NCBI RefSeq assembly: GCF_018977255.1
Contig: NW_024704743.1
Span: 42,534,001-42,598,000 of the forward strand
Length of the DNA stretch: 64,000 nt
Source: Callorhinchus milii
Lineage: Eukaryota
Reading direction: 5' to 3'
The notes beneath the pieces were generated by a model. It was not told the DNA's origin, did no database searches, and was given only the letters and a program-made list of their open reading frames with translations. A program made the translations under genes and the position numbers. Numbering within the stretch: position 1 is the first letter of the stretch; the number at the start of each line of letters is the position of its first letter. Of this stretch, positions 1 through 14,000 are shown piece after piece.

Positions 1-719
1 AATAAAAGCTGCTCACATCTTCTCTTAGGGTTTTGAGCTGCAGTCATCTAAAGAAGGGTCACGCATGTGCACTAACTTTTATTGCTCTACGTTGCTGGAG
101 TGAAGTTGATGGATTTGACTTGAGATCCATAAGCCTACAACTGGGGCTAAGGGATTAAAGTACACTTGGGAACAACAACTTATTCCTTAGGATCTTAACT
201 CAATAGCTGCTGCATACATGCACACTTGTGACTAGAAAAAGCATTGTAGCAGATTTGTAGCATGCTATTTTCAAGATCTGAAATGTTTGTTTACAACACT
301 AAATGGGATTCTAATATCATCAGGCAGAAATAATAGCAGATTTAACGAAACATTCACTACAGAGGTTAGGGGAGTGGGATGTGAAAACTCAGTGGCCGAT
401 GGTGGCACAGAAAGTGTGGGAGACGCATAAAAGGCCAGAGTTATTCGAGCGGAGGGAGCAAGCAGAGACATTTAGACTCAATTAAAAGGTACCTCAAATC
501 AATATGTCAAAACAAACCTATTGTGAAAATTACCCACTGCATCCTGCTTCTACTCTGCACAATTCAATTAACACCGTCTAGAGCTTTCCTAAAATCATTG
601 TGTTATTTAGTAAATTGGATCTAGTCCTGTTAACAATTAGCCTTTGAGTCTCATAATAAATGAAAACACAGGACAACTACAAAAAACATCTATTTATATA
701 ATGCCGGGCACATGTCGGA

Positions 720-970
720 GCACTTTACAAGAACAGAGTCAGATGCTGAGCAAGGGAGAGGGGAAAGGGGGAGGTGGCCACAAATGCATTTGAAGAGATA
801 TGTTTTAACGCAGGACTTAAAGACACACAGAGAGGGTATAAGACGGAGGGGCTTTCAGATGTTAGGGGAGTTGGATCTGAAAACTCATTGGCCGATGGTG
901 GCACAGAGAGTGGGGGGAGACTCACAACAGACCAGAGTTAGCCGAGCGGCGAGAGCAAGCAGAGGAGTTT
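720..970 (-). mobile_element. L2-type LINE 3' fragment, partly duplicated at 362-517
   Basis: Minus-strand ...ATIGQ*VFRSNSPNI*KPL... pattern and ALKHISS; flank shared with 362-517. Confidence 0.6.
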
Positions 971-1369
971 AGACCCAATTAAAAGGTATCTCAAATCAAT
1001 AGGTCAAAACAAACACTTTAAAAATAAATGCATAAAATTAATAAAATCTCAGCAAGTTGGCACTGGGGAATATTACATGAGATGTGATGTATTGAATAAT
1101 TGAGAACGATTGAAGAATTCTCTGTAAAATTTAGTATTGGTTGTTAATTGTACAATTATGGGCTTCTGCAATTCCTTCACTACACAAGATTAGCACAACC
1201 TGCACAGCAGAAATGGTTTGCACCACTCAGATAATAGACCCCAAAATAAGACAATTTGTTTCCAAACAAAAAAAAGCTTCAGCCCTCTACATTTGGATTT
1301 AAGATTCAATATAATACAAACATTGCACTGGGCATAAGGATGTGTTACCATGGTACAGTCTGGACTTAC

Positions 1370-1527
1370 AGAGTTAAATGGTTGTATCCAACAGTGCGTA
1401 GGGTAAAGGCTCGAGCCAGAAGCCGTATGTGGGTAAAATCAACTCCAATTATTTCTTCAAACTCAGTTAGTTTCTTTAGAACAGGAGACGTGTTGATCAG
1501 GGGTCTGTCAGAATGTGACTCCTGCAG
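1370..1527 (-). CDS. DROSHA: DROSHA coding exon 24 (start of RNase IIIb)
   Basis: [52 protein letters not shown] ct|gtaagt. Confidence 0.96.
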
Positions 1528-2037
1528 CTGATTCAAGGGGAGAAAATAACATTTCAATTAATATTTCACAATCCCACTTTACAGATTGGAACCATTTATT
1601 TATTCATCTCCAGTCACACCAATTGTCAATCACACCCATCCAGTCACAGTCACACACATATCTGCCCGGGTACACATTTTATATTCTGATTATACTTCAT
1701 TGAATATGTATACACACATATATCTGATGCTAAGCAAATGTAATGTACATTTGTGCGCGCGCACACACACAGTAAGCTAAGAAAAAAAAATAATTTTGAT
1801 TCAAAAATTTTTTGCCTAATATTGTTGACAAATAAAGGGCATTAGTGCATATGGATGTTTTTTCTCCCCCAACTGCTCCCAACGTTCTCCTCTCCTAAAA
1901 TCCATTTTCCTTCCATTGTGGAAGCGATTTATCGGCATTTGATATTATCCTTGCTCAAATGACAATCATCATAGTTGGAAGGCAATTCTGCCATAGAGGA
2001 TTTGGAGCCAAACCTCACCTTGTCTTTATCAAACATG

Positions 2038-2074
<37 letters not shown>

Positions 2075-5000
2075 CACAAACACATACCTTCCAGCAGTGA
2101 GACACTGCATTGTGGTGCAGAGAGGAAACTGGCTGAATTTCCTCTCAATAACCTGGAGCTCTGAATCCATTGTACTGCTCCTAATGTTGGCTTGGCTTAG
2201 ATCAATTAGCAGCACAGACTGGGGTCAAACCTTTCCAGTCTATATATGTTAGCTCATCACTGAATAAACTCACTCAACCATCAGAGAATTGAACACCACC
2301 ATTTACCATAATTTTCTCTCTGTCTTTATTTCATAGAGATGCTCAAATAGATTGCACATTTATTTGCCATGCTGTCAATACATTAATATCAACTCCAATC
2401 TATTAGTTTCTTTTTTAAATAAAGCTACTGAAAATTCCCAATTCACATACATTTGTAGCTGCATTTGTAATCCCATCACAGAGCTACAAGACATGCACAC
2501 AGCTTATACCGCCCGGCGTGGAGGGCGCTATATAAATCCAAGTTGTTGTTGTTGTTGTTATACATGTAAAAGCAGCCTGCAGTCTGGAGTTATTTCTGTT
2601 CAAAGCTGAGAAGCTTGAATGATATTCATCTATTGTCTCTGCACAAAAATAATTCTACACACCAATTCTACACACCCTAAATAAAGCTTGGATATTATTT
2701 AGGGATTAGTATTGGTTTTGAATTCTATGAAGATTAGACAGTTGAGCAATAATCTTTTAGTGAAGAGCAGTGGGACTCAAATCACGTTATAGCAAAGACA
2801 AACAATCGGAGAGTATGATTTGGATTTGCTCTCTCCAATAAGTTACTGAACAGTCTTTGCTGTGCTTATCCTTAAATCAGTTGGATAGAAGTTTTCGGAG
2901 CTCTCGTTAAATAGGAATGAGATCAAAGTCTCAACAAAATTAAGGGAACAGTTGCCACAATGTGGCATTTTAATTCCACGATGAGTTTAGTACAGAGACA
3001 TTAGTTTTGAAGGGTTCTCTGAAGATTACTGCATCACATTAGGGTGAAAAACCTCTATTGTCGTTTTGTCTATTCTGCGGAAGATTGAGAGAGACTGAAA
3101 AACGGCAGTGGTGTGGAAGTAGATTGGATTTCTACCTGTAGTTTATTTACCCAGGTAGGGCAAAAAAATCCAAGCTCCTTAACATTAGCAACAGAGATTT
3201 AGCTTGATAGAGGCAAGACAGCATATCAGCAAACTAAACAATATCCTAAAGGTTGGGATTTCCCTGGACAGTCAAGTGATCATTTAGAAGAGCATTATTA
3301 TTACACTAAATTGTTTGGCTGTTTTGCATAAAATTAAGGGAATACGGCATTTGAAATGTAAAATGAAAACAACATTTCTATAACTCACATCAACAGAATT
3401 CAGAATAAATAAATATATTTGACCAGTGTAGCCAGCTTTACTACAGCCGCCATTCTGTTCCAAAAAATCTGTCACCTAACAAAAAGCAGCACAAATTTTA
3501 ACATCAAATAAGACCACACACTTTCTGACAAGAAATGTAGAATGAAACCCACTTTACTAATACAGTAGCATTTATTTCCAAAACCTAAACTGTTAAAATG
3601 TAATTGAGATTAACGTGAACACCTTTTGTTGTTGCTTCGTTCTACTGCAGTGATTTCTTTCCTGTCCCACGCACAATTTTTACTGTCAACTGATGAGATC
3701 CACTGGGAACTGGCTTTGAGGGTGACTGAGCTAAGGTGTGTGAGGGAGCTGAATTAACATCTATAGATATGGTCTTCCAGCTGCTTCATCGATCTTGTCG
3801 TATGAATGTTGTGGGTTAATTTTGCTCGGTCACACAGGCCAACTCGAAAACTTTCTCTCAGACCAAATCAGCAGAATTCACAATTGAAAAAATGTATCTC
3901 AAAGGTGGTGGCAGTGTGTGTGGGGGAAGGAACAAAAACACAGGACATTGCACATAGTTAATCACAGCGATTGTTAAATGGATTTATAATGGCGACACTC
4001 CCTCTTTAAAAATCATGTCGCTGAGCACCTAACGGTTCTAAATTGTACCAAGATCACATGAAATCAATCCAAGAAATAGACACTTTCTCAAGCTCCCACT
4101 ATGCCCTCTAAGCAAGAGCACTTAGTCATGGGCATGCCTATAAAACACAAAACCTTTCAAGCCTTATCTCGACCCTAATCTCACCTCCTTCTCTTCTCCC
4201 ACCTCCCTCTAGCCTGGGTCATCTACTGAAAACATAGTTTAATCCAGTGAATAAGAACGGTTTTATTTGTGGAAGCATTCAGCACAATCTAATTTCAATT
4301 ATCCAACTGGTGTCCACTCCACTGTGGCACATAATTGAGGTTACACAGTATATGGTTAGGGCAGTTTATGAAACTGTACTAACCACCAAACATTAACAAC
4401 TTGTGAAATTTCAAGACAGATTTATGGTGGGATGTGTGTGTGAAAAAACACATACCCTACAAAAGAATGAGTTAAAATACTTTATATATTGTTCTCTGTG
4501 ATCCACAAAGCAATGAATCACAAGAGTACAATTTTCTCAACCTTCCAATTTCTCATTATCCTTTACGCGGTGAGTGTGTGCAGTCATTAAGCTTTTATGA
4601 AATACAATCAAATGGTTATTAGGGGATCAAATCACCCACTTGATTCTGGAGTTGTGATCAGTTACAGACCAGCAGAAAGTTCTGCTTTGAAACCCAACAA
4701 AATATTATTTTGGTGCATTAACTGCAATAGTAGTACTGTCTAGCAACAATAAGAAGCAGCCCTTCTTGAGTTCTTCTCAGTAGGTGTCTCAAAGCACTTC
4801 ACAGAATATACTGTATTTTGTGGGCGAAACGCCGCAGCCAATTGCGCAGAGCAGTGTCCCACACACAGTCAAGTGGTTTTCGTTTTTTCTTCTAACCACA
4901 CACACACACGTCGGCTTTTGGAATATCTTTTTATAATAGGTGTGGGAGAGAATAAGAAATGCGTGGAGTATAAACACCAAAACGGACTGATTGGGCTTAG

Positions 5001-8000
5001 TGGCCTATTTCCTTGAGAACATTCTTTGTAAATCTCTAAGCTAGGCTGCTTCACTGATCTTGTCACTTGAACATTAAAGGCTAATTCAGCTCGCTCTTAC
5101 TGGTCAGCTCAAAATCTTTCTGCTGACAGATCAAATAAGCAGAACTCATAATTCAAAAAGATATTCCAAAGGCGACATGTGAATTTGTGTGTATGTGTTT
5201 ATGTTTGTGGGGGGCGCAGAGGGAGAAAGAAGAAAACTACAGCGAAACCACAGCTAATTGCTGTGGTTAACATATAGTTTGTTAAATGGTGACACACCTG
5301 GTTGAGTCTATTTTCTTCTTTATGTAATTAAAAACAATCACCCTTAAACACCTTAAACTGTTGCACAGTGGTGAGGTTGGACACCAACTAGAGGGGCATG
5401 ATCAAAGATATGGTCTTCAGGTAGGATTTAAATATAAAGAGGGGACAGGAGGAGGGATAAAGGTGGGAGTTCCAGAGATTAGGGGTGTTGTGGCTGAAGC
5501 TCCAATGGTGAAGCAAAGAAGTTAGAGGATGTGCAACAGACCTGTGTTCACTCAATTGACATTGCATGAGTCAGATTAGTTAATTACAGAATTAGCAAAC
5601 CCTTTTGTCAGTTAATTGTACAAGTAAGGGCACCTACAATTCCCTCCTTTCATTTTATTTGTTTCATGTTTTGTTGTTTTTATATAGTATATTCAGCTGT
5701 ATAAACCATTCAAATCTACAGCACAGAAGAAAGCCATTCGGCCTATCGTATCGGTGTTGGCTCTTTTAAGAACAATCATCTCAGTCCCATTTACCTGCCC
5801 TTTTCCCATACCCCATAGTTTACTCCTTTTTTTAGATATTTATCTAATTCCCTCTTGAAAGCTGGTATTTACACCTAGTTTACACTCAGCTCAGAATAGC
5901 TGCAGTAGGTAGAAATCGAATATAAAAGTTCGCCTGCAGAATATAGTCACAGCACATTACAGTAAACCCTGTGAAACACTATCCACCCAACATGAAAGGT
6001 GCTGTATCAAGTTCAAGGATAATTATTATTAATATCATGTGCAAGAATCAAGGAGGTTGAGGCTTGAATCAGTGGCTATTAGGTGTATACTGGTCTGGGA
6101 CCAATAATCTACAAAATAGGTTTACTCCTCTCGTTATTGTTCATAAATCTGCCGCTTCATGAACTGAGGCAAAATAATTATAAGGCAAAGGGGAAAAAAA
6201 AGGCAATCAAAGTAACAACCATTAGAAAAGTAAGGACTATGATTTATTATAAATAAGATGGAAGCACACTGAGTCAAACATATAGCATTTTGAGCAGCCT
6301 GCAGAAAGAATTAACAAAGAATAAAAGCAGTTCTTACTTGCAGAGGGTGCAGAGGATAATTAAGCCAAACTTCCCGCAGGTCCTGTTAAAGACAAACAAG
6401 ATATATAGTCAGTTCTCTGGGGACTCGCTTCCAAATGTTACATTGCTAAATAAACAATAGACACAGGAGGGTACAGCATGATTTTTAAAACGATAACATT
6501 CCATTGCAAATTCAACACCACTAACAAACAAACCAGCATCCAGTGAAAATAAAAGCACAGTTGAATAAGTTACAGTACATTTCATTAGTAGCAGTGTCAA
6601 AATCCTGGTGACAAATTATGTTATTGGAGAAAGCATCCAAAGTCTCTCTCAATGAAATAATTGTAACCTCTCGACTGTTTCAGCTATTCACAAGTTATTT
6701 AAAGGGCAAGTTAAAAGTTCAACGCAGAAATGTTGTCCTGGTTGGAAATCTCCTTGTTATTCAGAATACTGGGGGTTTTAAACTATGAAAAATGAGGCCA
6801 GTGGATCATTTGGACTTAACATTTAAAACTGTGCAGCACTGTAGAAAATGCCTAATTCAACTTAATTTGGAGACTGGCTTACCACAGTTCTTATAATGAA
6901 CCAAATGAAGACTGAATTTAAGAAATTCACATATCTTTGTATAACCTTACATTTTAAGCTAAATTGGTTCTACAGGCGATGACGAGATGGAATTTGGGAC
7001 CTCAGGCTTTGTGTGACGGGAAGGACTTTAACTCCTTTATGGAATCTACTGCAAGGAAGGATCTGCAGAACTTCTACTTAAAAGTGGCTGAAAGCTTCCA
7101 ACAGGGTTTTGGTGTGGATAACTGGCTCACTATTGTAGGATGAAAAGTAATGGCTCTTATCAACATTCTGAATCAGACAAAAATCATTTTGAGGTTCTTT
7201 TGGAATAGAACAAGCTCAGTTGGTAGCTGAGGTTCTCTAAGTCAGAGTTTCCCTCTCCTTCCCTCCCTTTCTGTTTTGCCTTCTTGGCTATTTGTGGACA
7301 CTGTTGTGCGCAATTGGCTGCCGCGTTTCACCCAGAAAATATAGTCACTGCACGTTATAGTATATCCTGTGAAGTCCTTTGAGATGTCTCGATGAGATGA
7401 CAAGCCACTATATCAAATGCAAGGATTACTATTATTATTATTATTATTCATTATTAGAAGATTATGAGTTCTTCCCAATGCAGCGCTGAGAGTGCACTTC
7501 TTTGTGGGAGGTACTGTCCTTTGGATGAGATGTTAATAAACAAGGTCTCGTCTGCCTGTTCAGGTGGATGTTAAAGATCCCATGGCGAAAAGAATTTCTC
7601 CCAGTATCTTGGCCCACGATCCCCCCAAACAGTGTTGTTAATTCACTTCCTGGCTGTTTGTGGGACATTGGTGTGTACAAATTGGCTACCACATTCAACC
7701 ACAAAATCAGTCACTACATTTTACAGTTAACCCTACTAAACATGTCCTCCAAATGAAAGGCTTTACGTCAAATGTAAGGATGATTATTATAAAAACAAGT
7801 GCAACATGAACAAGTGTTGATCCTTCTCTTGCTAAATCTAGACAACTTGACATCTCAACAATCTTGTACAGTGAGAATATGATCAGAACAGAGGCATGGA
7901 CTTTAGAAAGGTTACAGGTTACCATGCCATCAAACAGTAGTCGACCAAACAAGTGTTTTGCTTCTTCCAGACCACCTTCTAGATAGACCGCACCTGCAAC

Positions 8001-11000
8001 AATAAATATAATAAGTGGAGTGCAATAAAAGCAACATGCTGCACAGTGCAAGATTCAATCGCAAAAGGAGTCAGAAATATCAGCAGGGCTCAAAATTGAT
8101 GATATATTCAAGAAAAAAAAGTGTTGCAGATTGTACATAAAAATAAAACAGCCTCATATGGTTTCTACTTTTGAAAAATCAATTTCACCAAGGAGATTTG
8201 TAACATTCACAAGATAAATCACAGTAAGTCATAAACTGCTCTCTTCTTTCCCAAATAAACTGTGCTTGCTATCTTCAAGCAATCTCCTAATAAACAAGGC
8301 AAAGTCTACATGAATCACTCAAAAATTTCTATCTTGAATTTAATTGTGTCATCAGCTTCCAGGCCCTTCCACGGGTTAAGCTAAGTAATGAATTAGTAAG
8401 TTGTCAAGTTACATTCAGATAATATTTAAAGCCTTCATTCATCGTCCATGCTTGGTGCCACTGAACCACTTCAATCTACAATACAATTTACATTTAAATT
8501 GTATGGTATTGTCAATTGAAGTGCAAATTGAAATTCTCTGCTATTCTTTAAAATGTTGGTATGGATGAAAGGTTCCACCCAAAATGTTAATCTATCTTTC
8601 GCTTTCAGATGCTGACTGACCCATGATCGGTTTCCAGCATTTTCTGTGCTTTGAAAGTTTTAGTTTTTTATTTCATTAAAATAACTGAATAAAGTGCCCT
8701 TCCTCTTCTTACTTTTGTTTTGTATTGGGTGACAAAACATATTGGGTAACCAAATATGTTCAAAAATCTGACTAGTTTGCTGGAAATCACATGGTCATGC
8801 ATTAAAATGGTAGCACAACAAAATGTCAGGAAGTGGCACCAGCAGCAACCCAAAGAGCCAGATCACAGCTTTTCATGAGAAGGCGGACAGCGTGCCGAAA
8901 GCCAAATGAGGTCACTGCTGAAATTCCACACATTGCCTCTTTTGACAATCTGATAAGCAGTTTCGGTGAAATAGATATTTCTACACAAAACGTAGCTGTT
9001 AAGGTCACTTTTTAAGTCATGTAGCTCGCAAGCGAGAGACCTGGGTTCGATTCCCGGCAGGGTGAAACCTTGGGCAAGTTTCCTTACTCCACATACCTTA
9101 TAATAATCCCTCAAGAAAAAAAACAATAATAATTTGGCCATTTCAATACACGACTGTTTGTGCGACACTGCTGTGTGCAATTGGTTGCCACATTTCGCCC
9201 ACAAAATATACAATCAATTTGCTTTACAGTATATTCTGTGAAGCGCTATGAGGCGTCTAGATGTGAAAAGCACTATATCAAATGCAAGGATGATTATTTA
9301 TTTTATAAATTACCTATTAGAGCTTCAAAGCAGTTTGCCATAGCGTGACGTAAGTCTGATTCCCGACAGAGGTCTGGTCCGTGAGCATAAAGCATGAATC
9401 TGTCCAGTTCAAGTTTCTGTAGATAAAATGTACATGTGTGGTCATGTTTATATCAAACATAGGACATTCCTCAATGGAAATCTCAAAGATCTTCTCGACA
9501 TTTGTGAACTAATGGGGTCTATTATACAAGATGGGGAAATGAAAGTGTGAATTAGTGGATCTCAACTGAAGCAGCCTTGGTTGGCCTTGGTACCCTGGGG
9601 TTAGAGAAGGGGGAAAAAAAGACAGGGTTCAAGCTCCAGACCACTAGATAGAGGCCCCTACAGGAAAGACAACCCGTTTTGTTGAAAGAGTTGTTTCTGT
9701 ATGAAACTTAGCTGTTATCGTCCCTTTTGAAATGACCTATTAGGAGCTTCAAAGCAAGCACACACATACACACACATATGTGAGTGTAGGGACATCAGAT
9801 GAGAACAGGATGATGTGTGGCTGTACGGAGGGACACTCAATGTCTCATGTCACATAATGACCACTTTGCATGAAGTACCAGAGACTGAGTGACTTTAGGC
9901 AGAAAGTGATAGGCGCAGAATTGTCCTGCAGCACAAGACAGTGCCTTCAGGAGAGGAGTCGGAGGAAAAAAATTGCTGAACAAAGACAAATAATTTAATT
10001 CTTATTAAAACAAAGCTAAGACTGTGAAAACCCGAAGAAAGAGATTTTTGAGAGAAACCCAGGGAGAAAAATCCAATTTAAAAAAAGCGTCCTAGAACAC
10101 CAATTGTGTATCTACAAAATGTCCCTGCCGTAATTCAAACTCATTTACATTTATACAACATCTTTCATGTTAGGAGGATGCCTCATAGTGCTGGAATCCA
10201 CAGTAAGAGATGCTTACCCACACTAGTAATCCACAGCACTCACCTTGGCCAGCATAGCAAGGTGTTGGTTCTGAACAATAGCAGTGCGGTACGTAGCTAA
10301 GCCTCCTTCCTCCAGGTTTGGAAACAGAAAGTACAAGTGCACACTGAAAGCAGAAATAAAGAGTCACGGGGGAGGGGGAAGATGCCACAAACCAGCAGAT
10401 GAAATCAAATGAGCCAAAAGTGCCATCTTCATCCAAAATAATCTTGTGATTTCATGCAAGATTCAAGGTGTAGGACAAATATAGGACAAATATTCATAGA
10501 GGTATTAAACACTTCCCTCCCCCCGCGCCCCCCTACCCCACCGCCCCCATTTTTCACCTATTACCTCTTCTCCTCCTGAATAAGATTAAATAGCTCATTG
10601 AATAAACTGACTGACCCAGAAGTTTTGACCATCATACTGCAAGTCACTGACTTTGTAAGATCCCAGGCTCACTCCTGAGTCTCTCTCTTAATTTTGGGTG
10701 ATGGCATTGTTTTGGATGCCTTTGAAGGGCAAACCCACTACAAATGACTCACCACTGAGCAAGTTCATCTTTTGTTTTAAGTCTGACATATGCAGAAACC
10801 CACCACCATTCTTACAGGTATCCAAATCAAACTGAGAGTTCTACAGAGGGGAATATCTGTTTGCCTGGAATGCAACGTGTACTCTCTCCCTGAAGGGATG
10901 CACCTCTATAGAGTATTAGGTGCTGGATGGCAAGAGCCATGGCTTGGAAACCCAGTACACAGTGTGTAAGTTTATAGAAGTAAAACACTATGCTTTAAAC

Positions 11001-14000
11001 AGTTCTCCTGCAAACATAAAACTTTCTTCTTTTCTATATACCTTGCACCATTTCCATCTGAGGGGTGATCTTACCCCAGGCCTTTTGAATATTACTATTC
11101 ACCTGCTATCCAGAGATACTTGTGTGGGTGACTCCCCCCCCATCCCCACGCCCATAATGTGGGAGGCACTTAAAAGACTGATCCAGAAAGTGGGCCTGAG
11201 GAGATTGGTGGTGGGGGAGTGGGGAGGTCACACCCACAATTTCATGATTTCACTCCACTCCATCCTCGCACTTAACTCTCTGCCAAATGTACTAAATGTT
11301 CATTAAAAATGCAAGCCCTGCTGAAAAATTAAAATCATTACAAAACTAAGACAAAACGTATGCACACCAAATTCCCACCTTGTTAAAAATTCAACCACTG
11401 CGTCTCCCAGGAACTCCAGTCTTTCATTGTGGTTGATCCTTGAGTAAAGCAACAACTGAGATTTTAGTTAATGTATAACTGAATATAAACTATGTTGAAG
11501 TGAAACCAAACTTCATTTCTGAAAAATTCATTTTATTACGGCTTTGTTCCTGAAAACAATTAGACACAGCAGTCATTGAATACTCAGTTATCTTAATCAC
11601 ATTCACACTTTAGTAGAACCCAATAGTGAATACCAGATCAGCTGAAGGACCAGTTGCCTGGATTATTGACGAAAATAGTTAGACTCAATACAGGATATTC
11701 TGTTAGAACAATAATAGTCTTTGCATTTGGTATATAGCGCCTTATCACATCTTCCAGACGTCACAAAGCGCTTCACAGAATATACTGTAAAGTGAATTGA
11801 CTGTATAATTTGTGGGGGAAACGCGGCAGCCAATTGCGCACAACAGTGTCCCACAAACAGTCATGGATTGAGTGACCAAATTATTATTGTTTTTTTTTTG
11901 AAGGAATTATTACTCCCAGAAAAGCGATCACAATTGCAGCCCATCAATGATTTAGTGTCGGTAATCTAAAGTGGTGAATAGTTGTACAATGAGCAAAAGT
12001 TGGAATTCACACACACACACAAACACACACAGAATCAATCTTTGAAACGTGACTACATAACAATAAAAAGTTACACCATTACCATCTGGGTAAATTAAGA
12101 AACCATATTAGACCATTCTCAATTTAGAAACATAGAGGGTTTTTGTTTTCCACTTGTCAAGAAATTTGCCAGCCTTGGCATTTCCTACTATTGATGAAAC
12201 TTTAGGAAAAACCTTGTTGGATGTGCCGGCAAAAATGATCAGATTGTACAGAAAGCAAATCAGTCAGAACACATGGATCACTTGGATACTGAGAATGCAG
12301 AAATCTACTGAGAACCTCAGTGTCTGATTCTGATGGTACAAGGTCTGTGGTGCTATACACCATAGGATGCCTTCACCGCTTAAATTTTCCAATGCAATCC
12401 TATTATAAAAGCAGCTTGAAAAACATGATTCACAGTAGATTACGTGTTTTCTAACAGTACAGCTCATCATAACTAGTTTTCAAGAGTGACAAATTCTCTT
12501 CGAAACAAGGCGGTAGCTACCCACTCAACCCCTGGGGTTTATTTCACTTATTCACAAGTGAGGAATAGTGTTGGTAACAAGTTACATTTCATTTTTGGCA
12601 TTCCACTCTGACAGCTAATGGATCTCAATAACTGCATCAAAAACACTTTCCCCCAAGTGTTTTCCTCTCCCTTTCTCCTGATGGTCACCACTCTTGCTAC
12701 ATTATGGTTCTTTAGATGCCAGCTGTCCCCAATAGCTTCTCCAAATGGATCATATACACGTGCCACACGAAAGAAGTGTCATTGGGTGAAAGCGCTTCAA
12801 GATGTCCTTTCGACGTGAAAGATGCTATGTGAATGTAAAATCTTTGTTGTTGAGAAGGGGAGGGGGAAACAGAGAAATTACTGATTCTATCCTCAAAATT
12901 CCATCTGGTGTTTGTTTATAATACTTTTGTCTTAAAATTTAAGATCATGCAGCACTGTGGAAAACTCACCAATTTTCAATCTTAATTTGGAAGCTGGTTT
13001 TCCAGTTCTTAAAATGAATTGACTTCCAAATAAAACTGCAGCGAAGCAATTTTCCATAAATCTGCATGATCTTACATTTTTTGAGGGGAAACTCTACCTG
13101 GTTATCTATTCTCACTCCCTGGTCCAGCGACACTAAGGCTAATTATGCTCTTCCAGGCTTGCCCGAGCTCAGATCAGTGAACGCAGTATAGACCAGGATT
13201 AAAACCTGCAATGGTTTTATTTGTATGCCAATTAATGGGTTTAACCTAAAAAGGCACCAGGGAGCTCTTCTTCTTTCAGCAACCAAACTTAATAAGTGGC
13301 TTCTCACTGCCGCCACTGGAAAGATGAGACATTTTCAAGTGAGAGCATGAACATCTTAAATGTATATAAACTGAGTGGGTTTGTAGCACGTTACCAACAA
13401 TGGTGCCCTTTCACATTCGTCAGAACTGAACTGACGAAGGGTCTCTTCGTCAGAACTGACGAAGGGTATTGGACCCGCAATGTTGACTCACTTTCCTTTC
13501 TCCATAGATGCTGCCTGACCTGTTGAGTGTTCCCAGGGCTTCTGTTTTTGTTTTAAAAATATGGTAGCAGTTGGTAGCACTTTCACCTCTGGTTCAAGGC
13601 CCACATTGGGACTTTGAATGCAATGCTGGGGGAGCGTTCCATTGTCTGAGGTACAGTCCTTCGAATGAGATATAAAATGAGATACCATGCCTGTTAAAGA
13701 TCCCATGGCACTCTTGAAAAAAGGTAGTTTCTCCCAATGTCCAGAACAATCATCCCCAAAACTATTGCCAGGACTAATTGACTGTTCACTTCATGACTGT
13801 TTCGGAGACATTGTTGTGCACAAATTGGCCTTGTTCATCGGCTAAAAGTGATACTGCACTTTCCAAAAAACCTCTGCGAAGTGTTTTGAGATGTTTTGAT
13901 ATAAGGCACTATATCAAGTGTAAGGATTATTATTTTTAAACCTACCTGCTAACAAAGTACAATAGTTTCCTCTTTTGACCTCCATTTATATACACTTATG

